Shown: positions 62,401 to 64,000 of the stretch, one piece after another | How positions within the stretch are numbered: position 1 is the stretch's first letter | How the letters are laid out: each line of letters begins with the position of its first letter | From: a virus | Taxonomy: Duplodnaviria; Heunggongvirae; Uroviricota; Caudoviricetes | Length of the DNA stretch: 64,000 bases | Reading direction: 5' to 3' (one strand) | Virus record (IMG/VR): IMGVR_UViG_3300031867_000014 | Coordinates: 1 to 64,000 of that record | The notes under the pieces: generated by a model | Database searches by the model: none | What the model saw: the letters and a program-made list of their open reading frames with translations, nothing else | Told to the model about the DNA's origin: nothing | Translations under genes and position numbers: made by a program

Positions 62401-64000
62401 TTGCACCATTGTTCAATACTAATTTATTTTTATTAGCATTAACCGCAAACCAACCATTAGTAGTCCAGTTAAAATTCTTAAATTGAGCTTCCACAATAGT
62501 ATTACCAATAGCTTGCGCGCCACCCGCCGCAGTTTCTTGCCCATCTGGATTAAACCAAGTTGTAGACCAATTCTCCTTATTAGGAGAAGTTTCATTCTTA
62601 TCTGGTGTAAAATCGAATTGAGCATCAGCAGTAACAATAGGCATAACACCAGAACTACCTGAAATTGTATATTCTTGTGGACTAGTAACTGTTTGTTTGT
62701 TAGCACCACTACCAACTGTTAAGACTAATTGGTATACACCTTCATTTTCAAATGCTACATCCCACGTTAAATTCTAACCAATAGTAAAATTCTGTAAGAT
62801 ATCACGATCAATCACAAAAATACCATTATCATTTTTCTTGTACATCAAAAGATGTCCTTCTAATGAAGTCACTTGCGCAGAAGGATAAGAAACACGATAA
62901 ACAACTTTTACATTGGACGCATAGGCGGCATATGATGATTCAGAAGGCCAAGATAATACATTAATACGAGGCACTGGATTCGATGGATCAACGAACATAA
63001 CACTTTGTGATAATGTAGCGCTTGTAATAGTTGTATTACCGATAGTGCCGCTTACTTGAGTAATTACTGTAACAGGACGACCTGCCTGATATGTTAAAGT
63101 AATATGTGAAGCAGTACCATTAGTGATATTTAAAATTTCACCAGTCTGATAAGAAGTACCATACTGTTGGTCAATTACTGAATAAATAATTTTTGGATTA
63201 CGAATTAATGCAGAGTCATAACGAGGTACAACACCATATGATGCATCACCATCAAAGTCTTGAAGTGACTCGGTTTCTGGAGTTACATACAAAGATGCTA
63301 AAGCTAAAGATAAAGTTTGTGATGCACTTCTATTATTACCATCAGTAAAGATTACTGCTAAACTATATTGATGGTTTTCAGAAAAGGTATGTCTATCTAA
63401 CTGTTCATGAATATAATTTTTAATATCGTAATCAACAATGGTATTTCTAGTTGCACTTGGTTGAATATTTTCCATTGTAAATAATTTTGTATTACTGCTG
63501 CGATCATAAACCTCAATATCAATTTGATTGGTTAAACCTTCAATTTCAGATTCTGAATAAGCAACATAACGCAAAATCATTGAATCAGCGGTAGTAGAAT
63601 ATGCAACAGAACGACTAACAAGAGTCGCTGCAAATGTACTGGCTACACCACCACCACCAGTACCGCCACCACCAGAGCCATTACCCGCAACGGTCATGCG
63701 GCGAGTTGTCACTAATTGTAATGTTTCATCTACGCGGTCTACACGGAAAAATGAACCATTAGTTTCATCAAAAATGACATCATCGGTTTTTGGTAAATTA
63801 ATAACAACGGGTTCATCTGGATCGGTTAAATCTAATACGCCTTCGATTTCGTTAAAGTAGAAATTAAAATCAGTTTCAACTTCAGCGAATTCTTTTGAGC
63901 TGTAAAAGAATCCACTAGATCCACCAAATGCTAAACGATCATGTAAGGTATGTGATTCAGAATCAGTAAAATCACAATCTAAATAAATCTTTTTAGTATC
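56480..64000 (-). CDS. giant (>2500 aa) virion adhesin/tail protein with C-terminal BspA-type leucine-rich repeats; at least 12 in-frame TAG codons; the 5' end lies beyond the window
   Basis: Eleven consecutive ORF-track pieces (62774..63712 down to 56660..57535) are all in one frame across TAGs, with open gaps (extra TAGs at 57581, 60575 and ~61270). The frame is still open beyond 63712 to the window edge. It ends with TAA at 56480. LRR_5-like repeats 'AFxxCxxLxxI' and a Gly-rich 'GNGSGGGGTGGGG' segment are present. Confidence 0.7.

Noticed and set aside
56480-63712. Eleven separate small late genes that merely happen to be adjacent
   Set aside because: All share a single frame across every junction, gaps are open, and no RBS or start signal follows the TAGs. 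Chance in-frame continuity across 10 junctions is about 1e-5.
810-64000. TAG-interrupted genes as pseudogenes, sequencing errors or programmed frameshifts
   Set aside because: Interruptions are exclusively TAG (never TAA or TGA) and always in frame. Conserved motifs continue across them. They number 37 or more, and no gene uses TAG as a stop. This is incompatible with decay or random error.

Overview
This 64 kb window looks like part of a large AT-rich tailed phage genome, roughly one third GC by eye. The likely host is an anaerobic Gram-positive gut bacterium. That is inferred from the anaerobic ribonucleotide reductase genes nrdD and nrdG, a SpoIID-domain lysin and BspA-type leucine-rich repeats.

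Layout:
- 1..3330, + strand: late genes for structure and lysis.
- 3400..45700, + strand: a long early module transcribed from 17 near-identical sigma70-type promoters (usually TTGAnn, 17 nt spacer, extended TGnTATAAT, then a conserved 'ATATATAGAAAGTGAGG' box and the ribosome-binding site (RBS)). It carries replication and nucleotide metabolism genes: type II topoisomerase B and A subunits, ATP-dependent DNA ligase, DnaB-like helicase, DnaG-like primase, a DHH/RecJ-like phosphoesterase, a RecD-like helicase, a PHP-domain Pol III alpha polymerase, a dNMP kinase, NrdD and NrdG, a dUTPase-family protein, RNase H, a Sak4-like ATPase and a candidate SSB (single-stranded-DNA-binding protein). It also carries a GC-richer, apparently acquired RNA-repair module: a DUF2828-like protein with a C-terminal von Willebrand factor A (vWA) domain, a Pol-beta-family nucleotidyltransferase, an Rnl2-like RNA ligase with a tRNA-binding OB domain, a NADAR protein, a polynucleotide kinase and metallophosphoesterases. 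A nucleobase permease and an N-deoxyribosyltransferase-like gene are also present.
- 45700..64000, mostly - strand: a lysis and structural module.

Key result: the amber codon TAG is not a stop codon here. At least 12 genes carry in-frame TAG codons, at least 37 in total, and never TAA or TGA. These are two + strand late genes, the ClpP-like and PhoH2 genes, a GIY-YIG gene, RuvC, the minus-strand lysins and fibers, and a giant ORF of more than 2500 aa. Reading TAG as glutamine restores conserved motifs such as SpoIID 'GHGVGMS-Q-xGA', and no gene in the window terminates with TAG (all end in TAA or TGA). Core replication genes are TAG-free. This is the TAG-to-Gln reassignment (genetic code 15) reported for crAss-like phages and Lak megaphages, with a mosaic distribution across genes that suggests translational timing control.

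No tRNA, CRISPR array or IS element was found. A 400 nt GC-rich structured leader or ncRNA, with its own promoter and terminator, precedes one lysin gene. Coordinates derived by hand may be off by 1-2 nt.
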